Origin: Heteronotia binoei
Taxonomy: Eukaryota
Length of the DNA stretch: 64,000 nucleotides
Assembly: GCF_032191835.1 (NCBI RefSeq)
Contig: NC_083239.1
Location: 39,370,001-39,434,000 of the forward strand
Reading direction: 5' to 3'
Shown: one piece after another, positions 34,419 through 46,620 of the stretch
Position numbering within the stretch: the first letter of the stretch is position 1
How the letters are laid out: every line of letters starts with the position of its first letter
The notes under the pieces: model-generated
What the model was told of the DNA's origin: nothing
The model's database searches: none
Seen by the model: only the letters and a program-made list of their open reading frames with translations
Made by a program: the position numbers and the translations under genes

Positions 34419-35525
34419 ATGGAGAATACAACTCTACCTGTCAGTCTTTTCTGGGCTAATTTCAGTTTCATAAATGAACGGTCTGCATTCTCGCTAAGCT
34501 TGCAAAAAGGGCTACGCATCTCCTCCATGGTCATCTACAGCCTTGCCTTCTTCTTGGGGGTCATCGGAAATGGGCTGGTCATTTTCATCACCGGCTTCCG
34601 TATGAAGAAGACAGTCAGCATCATCTGGTTCCTCAACTTGGCTATTGCTGATTTCACCTGCACCTTCTTCCTTCCGCTGAGCATTGCCCACCTCGCTTTG
34701 GCCTATCAGTGGCCATTTGGTGAGGTCATGTGCAAGGTCAGCCCTTCCATGATTATCCTCAACCTCCATGCCAGCGTTTACTTCCTCATGATCATTAGTG
34801 TAGACCGTTGTATTTCCGTGAGATGTCCCGTGTGGGCTCGGAATCACCGGACCCCCCGCCTGGCTACCTTTGTGGCTTTGGGTACCTGGATTCTGGCACT
34901 GGCACTATGTTCTCAAAACCTCTATTTCAGGAAGACCTCGAGTATTGGTCATATAGTCTTTTGCTATAAGGAATACAGCAGTGATAGGGAGCAAGCAAAA
35001 ATCATCCACCGTGCCACAGTGATCAACCGGTTCATCTTAACCTTTGCCATTCCCTTCAGCGTTATCATTGTTTGCTACAGGGTGATTATTCTGCAGCTTA
35101 GGAGGAACAGCTCAGCTTGGTCAAACAAGCCCTTCAAGGTGATAACTGCAGTGATCGTGGCCTTTTTCATCTGCTGGTTTCCCTATCAAGTTTTCTGTTT
35201 TCTTGAGGTTCAAGCCCATGAGGACCCAAACCTGAATTCTATAGTCAATCATTTTTTCCCTTTGATAGCCAGCTTGGCCTTCATCAACAGTGGTCTCAAC
35301 CCCATCCTGTATGTCTTCGTGGGGCGTGAGATCAAGGAAAGGCTGAAACGCTCCATCCTCTCAGTATTTGAGAATGCCTTTTCTGAGGAGATCAACTGGA
35401 GCACAAGACAAAAAAAAATGACTGATGATGTGACCCATTGCAATATAATTATTTTCAGACTGGACACTTTCTCACCAACTGGAGAAGAACAGGAAGTCTC
35501 ATGCATGGATGAAGACAGAAAATAG
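34419..35525 (+). CDS. Chemoattractant GPCR, CMKLR1-like paralog B (368 aa)
   Basis: Intact 7TM ORF colinear with 11264-12346 (DRC, CWFPYQ, NPILY); homologous 5' and 3' flanks. Confidence 0.95.
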   Translation: MENTTLPVSLFWANFSFINERSAFSLSLQKGLRISSMVIYSLAFFLGVIGNGLVIFITGFRMKKTVSIIWFLNLAIADFTCTFFLPLSIAHLALAYQWPFGEVMCKVSPSMIILNLHASVYFLMIISVDRCISVRCPVWARNHRTPRLATFVALGTWILALALCSQNLYFRKTSSIGHIVFCYKEYSSDREQAKIIHRATVINRFILTFAIPFSVIIVCYRVIILQLRRNSSAWSNKPFKVITAVIVAFFICWFPYQVFCFLEVQAHEDPNLNSIVNHFFPLIASLAFINSGLNPILYVFVGREIKERLKRSILSVFENAFSEEINWSTRQKKMTDDVTHCNIIIFRLDTFSPTGEEQEVSCMDEDRK

Positions 35526-37715
35526 AACAAAGAGACCTAATTCAGTGTTAAAATTATCCAGATCTTGCTAGAATCAAGAGAACTATGGGAAGGGGGAGGA
35601 TTAGGAACGCTCTCTAAACCTGGCTTTAACCGGGCATAATTAAAAATGTTTACCTTATAGGTAAATTTGCTCTTAGATGTTGTTCACTATGCCTTTAGGG
35701 GGCAGGATGGTACCTATGGAAACTGGAATAATCATTTTCTAACCAGTTGCAGCCAGAATCCACTTTGCGAAATATCGGCTGTTGGAAATACCCCTGTCTT
35801 GAAGGAGTGATTCTTCAAATTTGGGGATCTAGCAAAAATAAGATAATCTGTTCATGAGTCTGGGTGAGAGTGAGGCATGATATTGCATTTTTTTAAAAAG
35901 CAGAGACATTAGTTTGTTCTGTGGTTCTGGGATGAATTCCATGTGCTGGTTCTTATCTTGGGCCTGTATATCTGAAGGACTGACTGCACTATGTTTGTCA
36001 AACAGGAATGTATTGATTTTGCTTCAGTGTATTTCTATAGAGATAATACTTTTCTCCAGTATATAACAGTGTGTTTCTTTTGTTTTCCCCCCATACTGAA
36101 TTAATAACTGTTTCATATTTTCCCCCTCTAGTGCTAATGTTTTATCAACAATACTAGTATCTATCTAATGTCATACTAATAGCTATCTAACGGCCTGGAA
36201 TCTATCTAATGTCAATACTATCTATCTCATGTCAATACTAATCTTTATCTAATGGCCTGAAATCTAGGAGAACCATTGCTGGTCTTTACTAAACAGATCA
36301 GGAAAAGTTTTTCTACATACCAAAATCAGGGCTGGAAAGGGCTGACAATTACGTGGATGAAGACTCTGTAAATATTACTTCCAATATTCATTGTTATCAG
36401 GGGTAGAATTCTAGCAGGAGCTCCTTTGCATATTAGGCAATGATGATGTAACCAGTCCTCCAAGAGCTTGCAAGGCTCTTTTTTGTAAACTCTTGGTGGA
36501 TTGGCTGCATCACGGGTGTGGTCTAATATGCAAAGGAGCTCCTGCTAGAATTCCACCCCTGATTGTTATGATTAAAAGTGGCAAGAATGTACTGTGTAAT
36601 TTTAGAGGGCATATGAGTATTGATAACTTTTGATGGCTTTAGAAGTTATAAAGTCATTAATTAACAAAGAATGTAAGTCCTATTAAACAGGACAGTTACT
36701 TATCATTGAAATTATTTTGAAATCGGATGAATTGCCAAATTCCCTGTGGCCGCTGGCAGGGGACTATTTTGGTACCATAGAGTTTTCCCCCAAATTGCCA
36801 GAGTGTCCCCACATGAAACCATAGACTTCCCCACAAATTCCTAGAGTGTCCCCGCATGATGTGCCTGCCACAATACATCACTTCTGGGCACTCCACATGC
36901 CACATGGTGACAGGACTCTTTGAGGGTGGGGATCCCCCTCCCCCAACAGCCTCCTCCCTGCTGGCAGGTTGGCGCCCATCCAGCTGTGGGATCCCTCACC
37001 CTTGGTGGGAACTCTGCAATCCTGTGAATATCAGAGTCCTTGATTGGTTATCAGCTTCTTAAAGGAAGCAACTTGCCCTGTGTGACCCCATGTGCTCTTG
37101 GGTAATACAACTATAGAACACCCTAAGGTAACTTTCTAAGGTAAGGAGACTGCCTGATATTTAACATCTGCCAGAAGGCCATAGAAATGGACCTCTTCCC
37201 ATCACCCATCATTTCCTCACTAAACCAGCATATACACTCATTTTTTCCACAAAAATGCCGAGCCTGATATCCAGGGAGAAGTGCCAGCTGCCTAAATTGA
37301 CCAAGGAGAGCTTCTGTTTTCTGGTCCTCTATCTTATCTCAACTGCTGGTGATGACCAATGATATCCCTAACTTAGTAGGTCCAAAATCCCTTTAGCCAA
37401 GGTACAAAAACACCCTTCTGCTTGCTTGCTTGTTTGATGAATTATAAACTATTTCAGAGAAAGAGTATTTCAGAGTATTTCAGGCTATTTCAGAGTAAGA
37501 TAATCAATGGATTCATGCAATTGGTCTCCTTATTTTGTAACTATATATGTAGAATTAATAGTTGGTAGTATCATATTTGTGAATTTTTAAAAAAACAAAC
37601 CTTTGGAGGCTTGAATTTAATTTTAAACAGTTTTTTCCTCTTGGGAAGGAGATTGTAAATCATTTTAAGATTCCTTAACAAAGAGAAAAGCAGAGTATGA
37701 AAACAACTCTTCTGC

Positions 37716-38048
37716 TTTAACAACACAGACACGAGCAAACACAATCACTGCAAGGGGCTCACGTTTGGTGCATTGTGCAACATCGCCCAACTTCTTGCCC
37801 TCCCAAGCCCACAATGTTTAGAGGCTGATGTAGATTATCAGACATGGCCACACCCTCTAATAGCCATCGAATGAGTAGAATCAAACGGCAAAGAGAGAGG
37901 CACAGAGGTGGAAGTGGAACCACACAGAAGATGTTGGCTGTTATAGACAGAAGTTGAATAAGCCATCTTTTCTTCTTTCCAAATTCCTTTAACTTTACTC
38001 CAACAGCAATCCTGGAGCATTGTTTGGCTTCACTCAAGGTCAGTGTCA
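37716..38048 (+). promoter_or_regulatory. Second copy of the putative promoter / exon 1
   Basis: Homologous to 29960-30282; TTGTGCAA C/EBP-like site; donor AAG|GTCAGT at 38039. Confidence 0.35.
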
Positions 38049-38468
38049 ACAAAGCTGAGGCCAAATGAACCGTCTGTGAGGTAAAGAGCACTTTTTTTAC
38101 CCTAGCAAGTACTTCCGGGGGCCTGGCGATTCTTGGCTCAGAGCTGTGCTTCTTCTCTCTTGCCTTTTCCTCAGACCACTTGGGTCTTTTTAAAGTGTAG
38201 TTCAGTGCTTGAATTATGAGGAAAAGGCTGGGGGGAGGGGCTTTCTTTCTTTCTTTTTTGTATTTAACCAAGGGGGGAATTGCAAAGGAAACAAGAAGAT
38301 CAGTTGTACTGCATATACCTAATATATCAATAAAGATCTAGCAATCCAGGGGTGTAATTCTAGTAGGAGCTCCTTTGCATATTATGCCACACTCCCTGAT
38401 GTAGCCAATCCTCCAAGACCTTACAAGGCTCTTTTTTGTAAGCTCTTGGAGGATTGGCTACAGCAGGG

Positions 38469-39551
38469 ACTCAAAATTTTAAATACTTGGGGATCACTTT
38501 TAACCACAAGTTAAGCTGGGTTTCACATCGTAACAACACCGTCAACTTGGCTAAATGTTCAGCTGCTCAAATTAAACAGTTTTTTCTTTGCAATTAGTTC
38601 CAGCAGCTATTAAAGTGTTCAAAGCCAAAACGCTTGCCCAAATCCTCTATGGTATCCCTATTTGGATCTCAGCTTTTACCAGGAAAGTGGAGGGCATTCA
38701 AGCCTCATTCTTTAGACAAATTCTTGGTTTGCCAAAATGTGTGTCCTACTTTGCTCTCTGCTCTGAAGTGGGTCAGTCTTTGGTGGAGACAAAAGCCTGG
38801 ATTGCAGTGTTTAAATTCTGGCTCAAAATTCATTTTAGAACAGATCCCAACAGCCTTCTTGATTGTATGAAAAGAGACCCATATATTTCATCCTGGACAG
38901 CAGTGCTTCTGTCTAAACTCAATCAATTGGGGTTAGAGGTAGATGATTTTTCTACCGCTGATGAGTCATATATCTTCAGATGTATTAAACTGAGACTATG
39001 GGAATCGGAGGATACGAAATTACGGCCAACTGACCCTTATATTTGCTCTCCAGCTTCCTTAGGTCTTTATGCTTTTTGTGGCAAAATGCCCAATTATCTA
39101 TCAGACCTAACCACTCCAAGTCATCGCAGGGCATTTATGTTGGCTAGACTAAACGCGTTTCCCTCCAAAGTTTTACAAGGGAGATATCAGCGAGTCCCTT
39201 TAGCCGACAGACTTTGCTCCTGTGGAGCAAATACCCCTGACTCAATCCAGCATATATTGCTTGATTGTTCTTTATACCATAACCTCCGTAAAGATTTATT
39301 TGGCAAGCTTTCTTTTTCTCCAGATTTGTCTATTCTGCCACCCTGTTATTATTTATTGAGTGATACTGAGGGGGTGGTTAGTGAGGCTGTGGCAAAATTT
39401 CTGGCTGACATCCTTAAATTTAATTCTGACCATGTTTGAATGCATCTGTAAGCTCGGTTTTATCTTGATTTTATCTCCAATGTTTAAATTTTAATATTCT
39501 GTGTATTTTTATCTGAATCTATTATGCCATTAAAGGTTTGGTATGGTATGG
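38469..39551 (+). mobile_element. RTE-X-like LINE 3' fragment inserted in a palindromic MITE
   Basis: FKYLGITF thumb motif, 283-codon open frame, C-terminal CSC..HILLDC, (GGTAT)n tail, TSD TACAGCAGGG (38459-38468, 39552-39561). Confidence 0.88.
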
Positions 39552-40650
39552 TACAGCAGGGGTGTGTGGCTGAATATGCAAAGGAGCTCCTGCTAGAATT
39601 CCACCCCTGCAGCAAACTATAACACACTCTAATCATATGTGTGTGTAAAGTACCATCAAGTCATAGCTGCAAGGGGCTCACACGGCAACTGAGAAGCAGA
39701 GGTGTTTGGCTGTTGCCTTCTTCTGCAGTCCTCTTTGGAGGTCTTCCATCCAAGAGCTAACCAGAGCTGACCCTTCTTAGCTGCCAAGATCAGGCTGTAC
39801 CACACCAAATAGTCATTATCTTATTTGCCAACAAAATGAACCAGATTTTACATATTGATGCTATTTGTCTTGAAAGTATATTTCCCCCCCCCCCCTAATG
39901 GAACCATGAGGTATTTTTAAGATGTCTCCCAACACCTTCAACACGTTGTGCCAATATTTTTGCTACTAGAGATGACCACCATATATGAAAGAAATAGTTC
40001 CTTTTCCCTTTTACATCTCCAACGTCCTTTGAAGATTTTGTTTCCTATTTTTGTAAATCTGTCAAACAGGGGTTTTTTTGAGCAGGAAAGCAATTCTGAC
40101 TGGCTTGATCTCAGAGGGTGTGGTCTAATATACAAATGAGTTCCTGCTGGCCTTTTTCTACAAAAAAAGCCCTGCTGTCAGATATCATCTATACATTATT
40201 TTCTCATATGTGTGTGTGTGTGTATTTTTATATATTACTCTTTATATTTAAGTCATTTTTAATGTCTTTATGCAGAGTGATTCATTTGTCATTTGAAATC
40301 TTAATCAATAAACCTCCCCCCCCGCCATCTTGTCTTATAAATTAATGGTTTCTTGTCAGTTTATAATAAAACCCAGAGACAGTGGACAGTAATTTAAATT
40401 GTTTTGGGTTCATTAACAATAATCTAAGCCCCTGAGAGTACAAGAAGATCCATATGAGACCGCTTAGCATTTCTCAAACTTTTAATCTGAAGACACTGAA
40501 ATTTTGAAGGACATGTATTACCTGCTTTTGAGTTGACTTTGTGTAAGCTAATCTCTACAATATTGAATGAAACCTACTAACCCTATTAACCATACTCCAA
40601 AACCCCTGGGTTTTTGGTTCAGTAATAAGGATCCTAAGATCACTCTTTTA

Positions 40651-40943
40651 AAAAGGTAAAGATAGTCCCCTGTGCAAGCACCAATTGTTTCCGACTCTGG
40701 GGTGACGTTGCTTTCACAATGTTTTCACAACAGACTTTTTATGGGGTGGTTTGCCATTGCCTTCCCCAGTCATCTACACTTTCCCCCCAGCAAGCTGGGC
40801 ACTCATTTGACCTACCTTGGAAGAATGGAAGGCTGAGTCGACCTGGAGCCGGCTACCTGAACCCAGCTTCCACCGGGATAGAACTCAGGTTGTGACTGAG
40901 CAGAGAGCTCAGACTGCAGTTTTACCACTCTGCGCCACGGTGC
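40651..40943 (-). mobile_element. Sauria SINE
   Basis: Same family as 25968-26274. Confidence 0.9.
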
Positions 40944-41587
40944 TACAAGATCACTCTAGCAATTGTGAAATTTGTCTCCTACCTTTTAGCCCTTGCATTT
41001 AAAAAAATAAGAAAGAAGTGGTTTTTGCTCCTCAAGATCTGTGAATTAATAAGCTTCTAACGGTACAAAAGGAACTAACCTTATAAATTCTAAATTTATC
41101 CAAGGTTTGAACATCTCTTGATCAAAGACTGGCATAAATTCTTCTCCTGAAAGGACAGGCATGCATAGTGAGTGCTTTAAGTCTAAAGATCTCTGACCTA
41201 TCTCCCAGTCTCATACTATGGCTTCACAGATATCATATTCAAATACTAGCCAGGGTCAACTCTACTTAGCTTCTGAGATCTGGGCAATCCAGGCCAGGTC
41301 CACTCCCTTAACTCCTCTAAATAATATTAGTCCCTCTCTCTGACCTTCATATGCCCAGCTATGTTCTTGCAGAACAACAGGGCTTTTTTTGAGCAGGAAC
41401 GTTGTTCCAGCAGGCATGGTATCAGGGGGTGTGGCTTAATATGCTAATGAATTCCTGCTGGGCTTTTTGTACCAAAAAAGCCCTGCGGTACAACAAACAT
41501 ATCATTCCTATGTAGATAGATCCAGGTGGGCAGCCATGTTGGTCTGAAGTAGCAGAACAAAACTGGAGTCCGGTAGCACCTGCAAGA

Positions 41588-41880
41588 AAAGCCCCGTGGC
41601 GCAAAGTGCTAAAGCTGCAGTCCAAACTCTCTGCTTATGACCTGAGTTCGATCCTGGTGGAAGCTGGGTTCAGGTAGCCAGCTCAAGGTTGACTCAGCCT
41701 TCCATCCTTCTGAGGTCGGTAAAATGAGTACCCGGCTTGCTGGGGGGGAAGTGTAGATGACTGGGGGAGGCCAGGGCAAACCACCCCGTAAAAAAAGTCT
41801 TCCATGAAAACATTGTGATGCGACGTCACCCCAGAATCGGAAGCGACTGGTGCTTGCACGGGGGACTACCTTTACCTTTA
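41588..41880 (+). mobile_element. Sauria SINE inside a Penelope pLTR remnant
   Basis: AAAGCCCCGTGGCGCA head and ACCTTTACCTTT tail. Confidence 0.9.
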
Positions 41881-42584
41881 GCGCCAATAAGGGCAACAAA
41901 GGTTTATTGAGAATGGAAGCTTTCATGTGAATGCACACTTCATCAGACAATGAAATACTGTACAGTGAGTAGTGCTACATATAGCTTGTGGGTAGTGGTT
42001 AAGCACACAGAATAGTACAAACCCACCCTACTGTGGCTAATCCAACGAACGATGCAATCCTATGCAGAGTTGCCCAAGCTGAAATCCATTGAAATCAATG
42101 GATTCAGGAGGCTTTGCCACTAGACTCCATTTCTCACTAGACTTCCAGTTGGATAGCCCAGGCTAGCCTGATCTAGGGTTACCATTCCCCCAGCAGTGTC
42201 AGGGAAACCCCTGGCTTCCAAGGCTTTAGCCCACTGCCAGCCAGCTGGCCAGTGGGGGAAGCCCCATCCCCAAGCAGGAACATTACCATGTGACATCCCC
42301 AATGTGATGACATCACCCCAAAGTGACATCATTGTGCTGAGGATGTTGCACAGGGACACTCTGGTATTTGGGCATACACTATGGTTTTGAGGGTGAAAAA
42401 AACAACATAGTTTGCCCAAATACCATAATGTCCCTGGCATGTCATCAGTGGTGTCATGACATCATGTCAGGGTGACATCATGTCAGGGTGACAAAGTATC
42501 TCGCTCCAGCAAAAGCAAGACTTGCCAACCCTAGCCTGATCTCATCTGGTCTTGGAAGCTAAACAGAGACAACCCTGGCTAGTA

Positions 42585-42975
42585 GTAGTAGAAGAAGATG
42601 ATATTGGATTTATATCCCACCCTATACTCTGAATTTCAGAGTCTCAGAGTGGTCACAATCTCCTTGACCTTCCTCCCCCAACAGACACCCTGTGGGGTAG
42701 GTGGGGCTGAGAGAGCTCTTACAGCAGCTGCCCTTTCAGGGACAACTCCTACGAGAGCTATGGCTGACCCAAGGCCATCCCAGCAGCTGCAAGTGGAGGA
42801 GTGGGGAATCAAATCCGGTTCTCCCAGATAAGAGTCTGCCCTTTCAAGGACAACTCCTACGAGAGCTATGGCTGACCCAAGGCCATTCCAGCAGCTGCAA
42901 GTGGAGGAGTGGGGAATCAAATCCGGTTCTCCCAGATAAGAGTTTGCACAGTTTCCCACTACACCAAACTGGCTC
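42585..42975 (-). mobile_element. Squam3-like SINE with ~100-bp internal tandem duplication
   Basis: CCCTTTCA.GGACAACTCC...CCCAGATAAGAGT occurs twice. Confidence 0.88.
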
Positions 42976-44191
42976 TCTTGGATCTCCAGGATTGCTACAC
43001 AGAGGCAGGCAATGGCAAACTATCTCTGTGTGTCTCTTGCCCTTAAAACCCCAAGAGGGGCTACCATAAGTCAGGTGCAATTTGATAGCACTATCCACCA
43101 TCACCAGACTCCTCTCAAATCATACAGTAAAAGGACATCGAGAGCATCAGAACAAAGTTTGAGTCCCGTGGCACCTTGAAGACCAACCAAGTTTTATTTC
43201 AGGTATGAGCTTTCACGTGCACACACGCACTGAAATGGAATTTACCAGTCCATACATGGAAGGCAGAGTATGAACACCAAATTAGCGTACAACATAATGA
43301 AGATGTTTTAACAGACTGAAGACCAAACAGCTGGTTTGATATGGTCGCCGTTGTTTGGGTTTAATTCCGGGGAGTGGAGGGAAATGAAGCAATAAATATG
43401 TCAAAATTGGAGATAGACGTGTAAATAAGGAGCATGAGACCGGAACAAGGCTAGTGGGGAATCGGCCTCTGTGTGTATGATCTTGAAAGCATTGGATGGC
43501 TTTTACATTTGCTTCGTCACTAATTGCTGCTTAGCTAATCAATGCGCTAGATCCAGGTGAACCTCCATGCTTGAGAGGGGACAGATGGAGCATGACAACA
43601 GGGTCTCAGGTAATTACTCTCAGTGCTCCACAATTGAGAATGATATATTCCCATGGTGCTTCTGTCCGATTTTGCACATGCTGCCGCAGAGCTTTGATTT
43701 GCCCTGCCTCTTTCCCAAGTTCTCTCCACGGCTTCAAAATCTGATTTTCAGAGAACCCTACAACCGCAAAGGGTACTTGGGAAAGAGGTGAGGCACATTG
43801 CAGCCCCGTGGCACCATGTGCAAAATCCGGCAGATGCACACGAGACTGCGACAAGGCTAGTGGGGAATCGGCCATAAAGAATCCTTGAACACAGTGGTTT
43901 CGTACACACTAATGCCTGTTCATGATATTAAGGAAACTGTCTAGATTTATAACATTCAATGTCCTTCTCAGCTTCAGTGGATGGCTGATCAAATGGTTGT
44001 TTCACATTGGATTTCTCCTCGTGGAGATTATATTTTGTAGACTACAGGCTGAATATCCATCCATGTGACTTCTCTGAGTAAATGGGGGTGGGGAAGATAT
44101 TTGCATTCTTAGGAAGGGAAAGTCACTTTTGAAAGATATAGGAACCTTCTTTCTCTTGATGTGATCCAAGCGAGGTTCTTTAGATGGCAAG

Positions 44192-45247
44192 TCACTCCCT
44201 GATGTTTAGCTCCATTCTGCTACTGGCACGAGTCTGGGGTCCCTCCTCACCCGTGTTAACGTCCTCAGGTACAAAGAAAACATTCGCAAAACTTTTGTTA
44301 AACAGAAGAACAAGGGACATCTTGAAGACCTGCTGGAATTTCTCCCCAACAAAAACATAGAAAATGGGAGTGAAACAAATATTGAAACCCGCTCCAGTTA
44401 GCCCCAAGACATACAGAACCTGTATTACTACTTTAGGCATATCTGGAAGCAAAAGCGAACCGAAGTAGAGATGGCAAGGAAGCCAGCAGATGAAGAAGGA
44501 GGCCACGGCAACCGCCAAGACTCTGAAAGGCTTCCTGTTCTTCGCCCACCTTTTCTTCTTCATCTCCCATCCTATCCCACAGTAGCAGCCCATGATGATG
44601 CAGAAGGGGATCAAGAAACCCAGCAGGAACCGGACCAAAAAGAGAATCAAGTGAATGCGATCCCTCAGGGCTTTTATTCTGGGACCATCCCAGCCTCTGG
44701 AGAGAGCATAATTGTTGACACAATTGATCCTCCCGTTCTCTACTACTCGAGTCTCCCGGAAAGCCAGGTAGGGAAGGCTCAGAGTGAGGGAAGCGAACCA
44801 GACTCCTGCAATCAGTATCCGTGCCAGGGAAATAGTGCGGTTATGCTGGGACCAGATAGGGTGGCGGATGAGGAGGTAACGGTCCAAGCTGATAACGGTG
44901 AGGAGAAATACTGAGGTGAACATCCCCAGTGACGCGAGAGAGTTGATAACCTTGCACATAATTATGCCAAAGACCCAGTGGAAGCTGAGGAGGGTGTTGA
45001 TGGCAAAGAAAGGTAGGACCATACAGGAGATTAAGTAAGCGAGAATCAGGTGGAGGAACCAGAGCGTATTCACTGTTCTCTTCATCTTCACTCCTAGTAT
45101 CCAAAGGAAGACCCCATTGATCGATGTCCCAATCAGGAAGGATACTAAGATGAAGGTAGCGATGGCCACGTTCATGGGAGCTGTCTCTGCAGGAGAAAAA
45201 CTGGCATTCGTTCTTGCAGCTGAGGCGTTCCTCCAAAGGATGGACAT
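44192..45247 (-). CDS. GPR33: GPR33-like chemoattractant receptor (351 aa)
   Basis: GPR33-type signatures: HLILAY (no D2.50), SLGMFTSVFLL, DRYLL..HPIWSQ, FRET..GRINCVNNYALS, F(T)PIFY in place of NPxxY, GEKFQQVFK. Acceptor TTTCCTCAG 5 nt before the ATG. Confidence 0.85.
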   Translation of the reverse strand: MSILWRNASAARTNASFSPAETAPMNVAIATFILVSFLIGTSINGVFLWILGVKMKRTVNTLWFLHLILAYLISCMVLPFFAINTLLSFHWVFGIIMCKVINSLASLGMFTSVFLLTVISLDRYLLIRHPIWSQHNRTISLARILIAGVWFASLTLSLPYLAFRETRVVENGRINCVNNYALSRGWDGPRIKALRDRIHLILFLVRFLLGFLIPFCIIMGCYCGIGWEMKKKRWAKNRKPFRVLAVAVASFFICWLPCHLYFGSLLLPDMPKVVIQVLYVLGLTGAGFNICFTPIFYVFVGEKFQQVFKMSLVLLFNKSFANVFFVPEDVNTGEEGPQTRASSRMELNIRE

Positions 45248-45540
45248 GTTTCCTGAGGAAAGATGGAAAGCTGATTAAGGATGGGATGGGAAGAGAGAAT
45301 AGAGGAAAGAAGAAGAGACAAGAAGCCGTTGGAGGCATAGAATCTCTGGGGGGGGGAGGAAAAGGGGGAAAGTAATATTTCAGTCAACTTTATGCACTGT
45401 GCACTGTGCCAATAAACAGGGAGCATGAAAAATAACCAGCCAGCATGTGTGTGACTTCAAACAATGCTAAATCAGAAGTAAATCCCATTGAGGATAAGAG
45501 GCTTCCTCTCTCGTAAATGTGCTTAGTGTTCCCTCTAAGC

Positions 45541-46620
45541 CAGGGGTGTAGAACTTATTTGTTATGAGGGCTGGATCTGACATAAATGGGACCTGGCTGG
45601 GCTGGGCCACGTCAGGCCGGACCATGTGTGTACCGATTTAAGATTAGGTAGCAGAGATATGCTCAAATTCGTGTTTGATACATCAGTAACGCTGTCCAGC
45701 CATCTCATCTTTTGCCGTCCCCTTCTTCTTTTGCCTTCTGTCTTTCCCAGCATCAGGGTCTTCTCCAGTGAGTGCTTCCTTCTCATTTGGTAGCCAAAGT
45801 ATTTAAGCTTCAGCTTCAGCATCTGACTTTTTAGGGAACAGTCAGGGTCGATTTCCCTGAGGACTGACTGATTTGATCTTCTTGCAGTCCAAGGGACTCT
45901 CAAGAGTCTTCTCCAGCACCACAGCTCAAAAGCATCTATTCTTCTGTGCTCGGCCTTCCTTATGGTCCAGCTCTCACAGCCATACATTACTACTGGGAAT
46001 ACCATCGCCTTGACTATACAAACTTTTGACCCTGATGCTGGGGAAGACGGAAGGCAAAAGAAGAAGGGGATGGCAAAAGATGAGATGGCTGGACAGCGTT
46101 ACTGATGTAACAAACAAATTTGAGCAGACTTCGGAGGATGGTGGAAGACAGGAGGGCTTGGCATGACTTTGTCCATGGGGTCGCAAAGAGTCAGACTCGA
46201 CTGTGTGTCTGAACAACAAAAGCAGACATATGAACTTTTAAAAGGACACAAACACGATTAAAGATTTTTTGAAAACAAACCTTAAAATAAACCATGCTTA
46301 AAACATTAGCACTTGTTGATCTTAAAGGTGCTTTCTTTGTATTTATCCCATGGGATCCAGGGAACTGGGCAAAGGAAGCTCTGGCTCTTTCCCTCCCTTC
46401 CCAGGGGATCAGGAGGGGGAGAAGCCTCAGCCAATGGAGAAAATCAAGGTTTTGCTCTGTAGCTCCTGTGTGATTGAGCAAGCCTTGCAAAGCAAGCTGT
46501 TATGCAGAAGGAAGCAAGAGAGAGGGAGAAGGAAACAGACATGAGCCAGTTGCTCAGGGGGCTGATAGGAGCCTTCTGGGAGCCTGTTTCGGCTCCCCCG
46601 ACACATGTTTGACACCCCTT
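45541..46620. mobile_element. hAT MITE (CAGGGGTGT TIR) nested in another MITE and containing BovB
   Basis: TSD CTCTAAGC/CTTTAAGC; host MITE spans 45525-46810. Confidence 0.82.
45661..46220 (+). mobile_element. BovB LINE 3' fragment with 5' inversion
   Basis: Inverted part 45661-46028 (VMYGCESWTIRKAE..IDAFELWCWRR..); forward part 46028-46220 ending CTGAACAACAA; TSD AGCAGAGATAT/AGCAGACATAT. Confidence 0.9.

Noticed and set aside
37759-38271. 170-aa minus-strand ORF
   Set aside because: No domain, and the frame is not preserved in the paralogous 29960-30282 segment.
44471-44914. Antisense ORF over the GPR33-like gene
   Set aside because: Typical shadow frame of hydrophobic TM codons.
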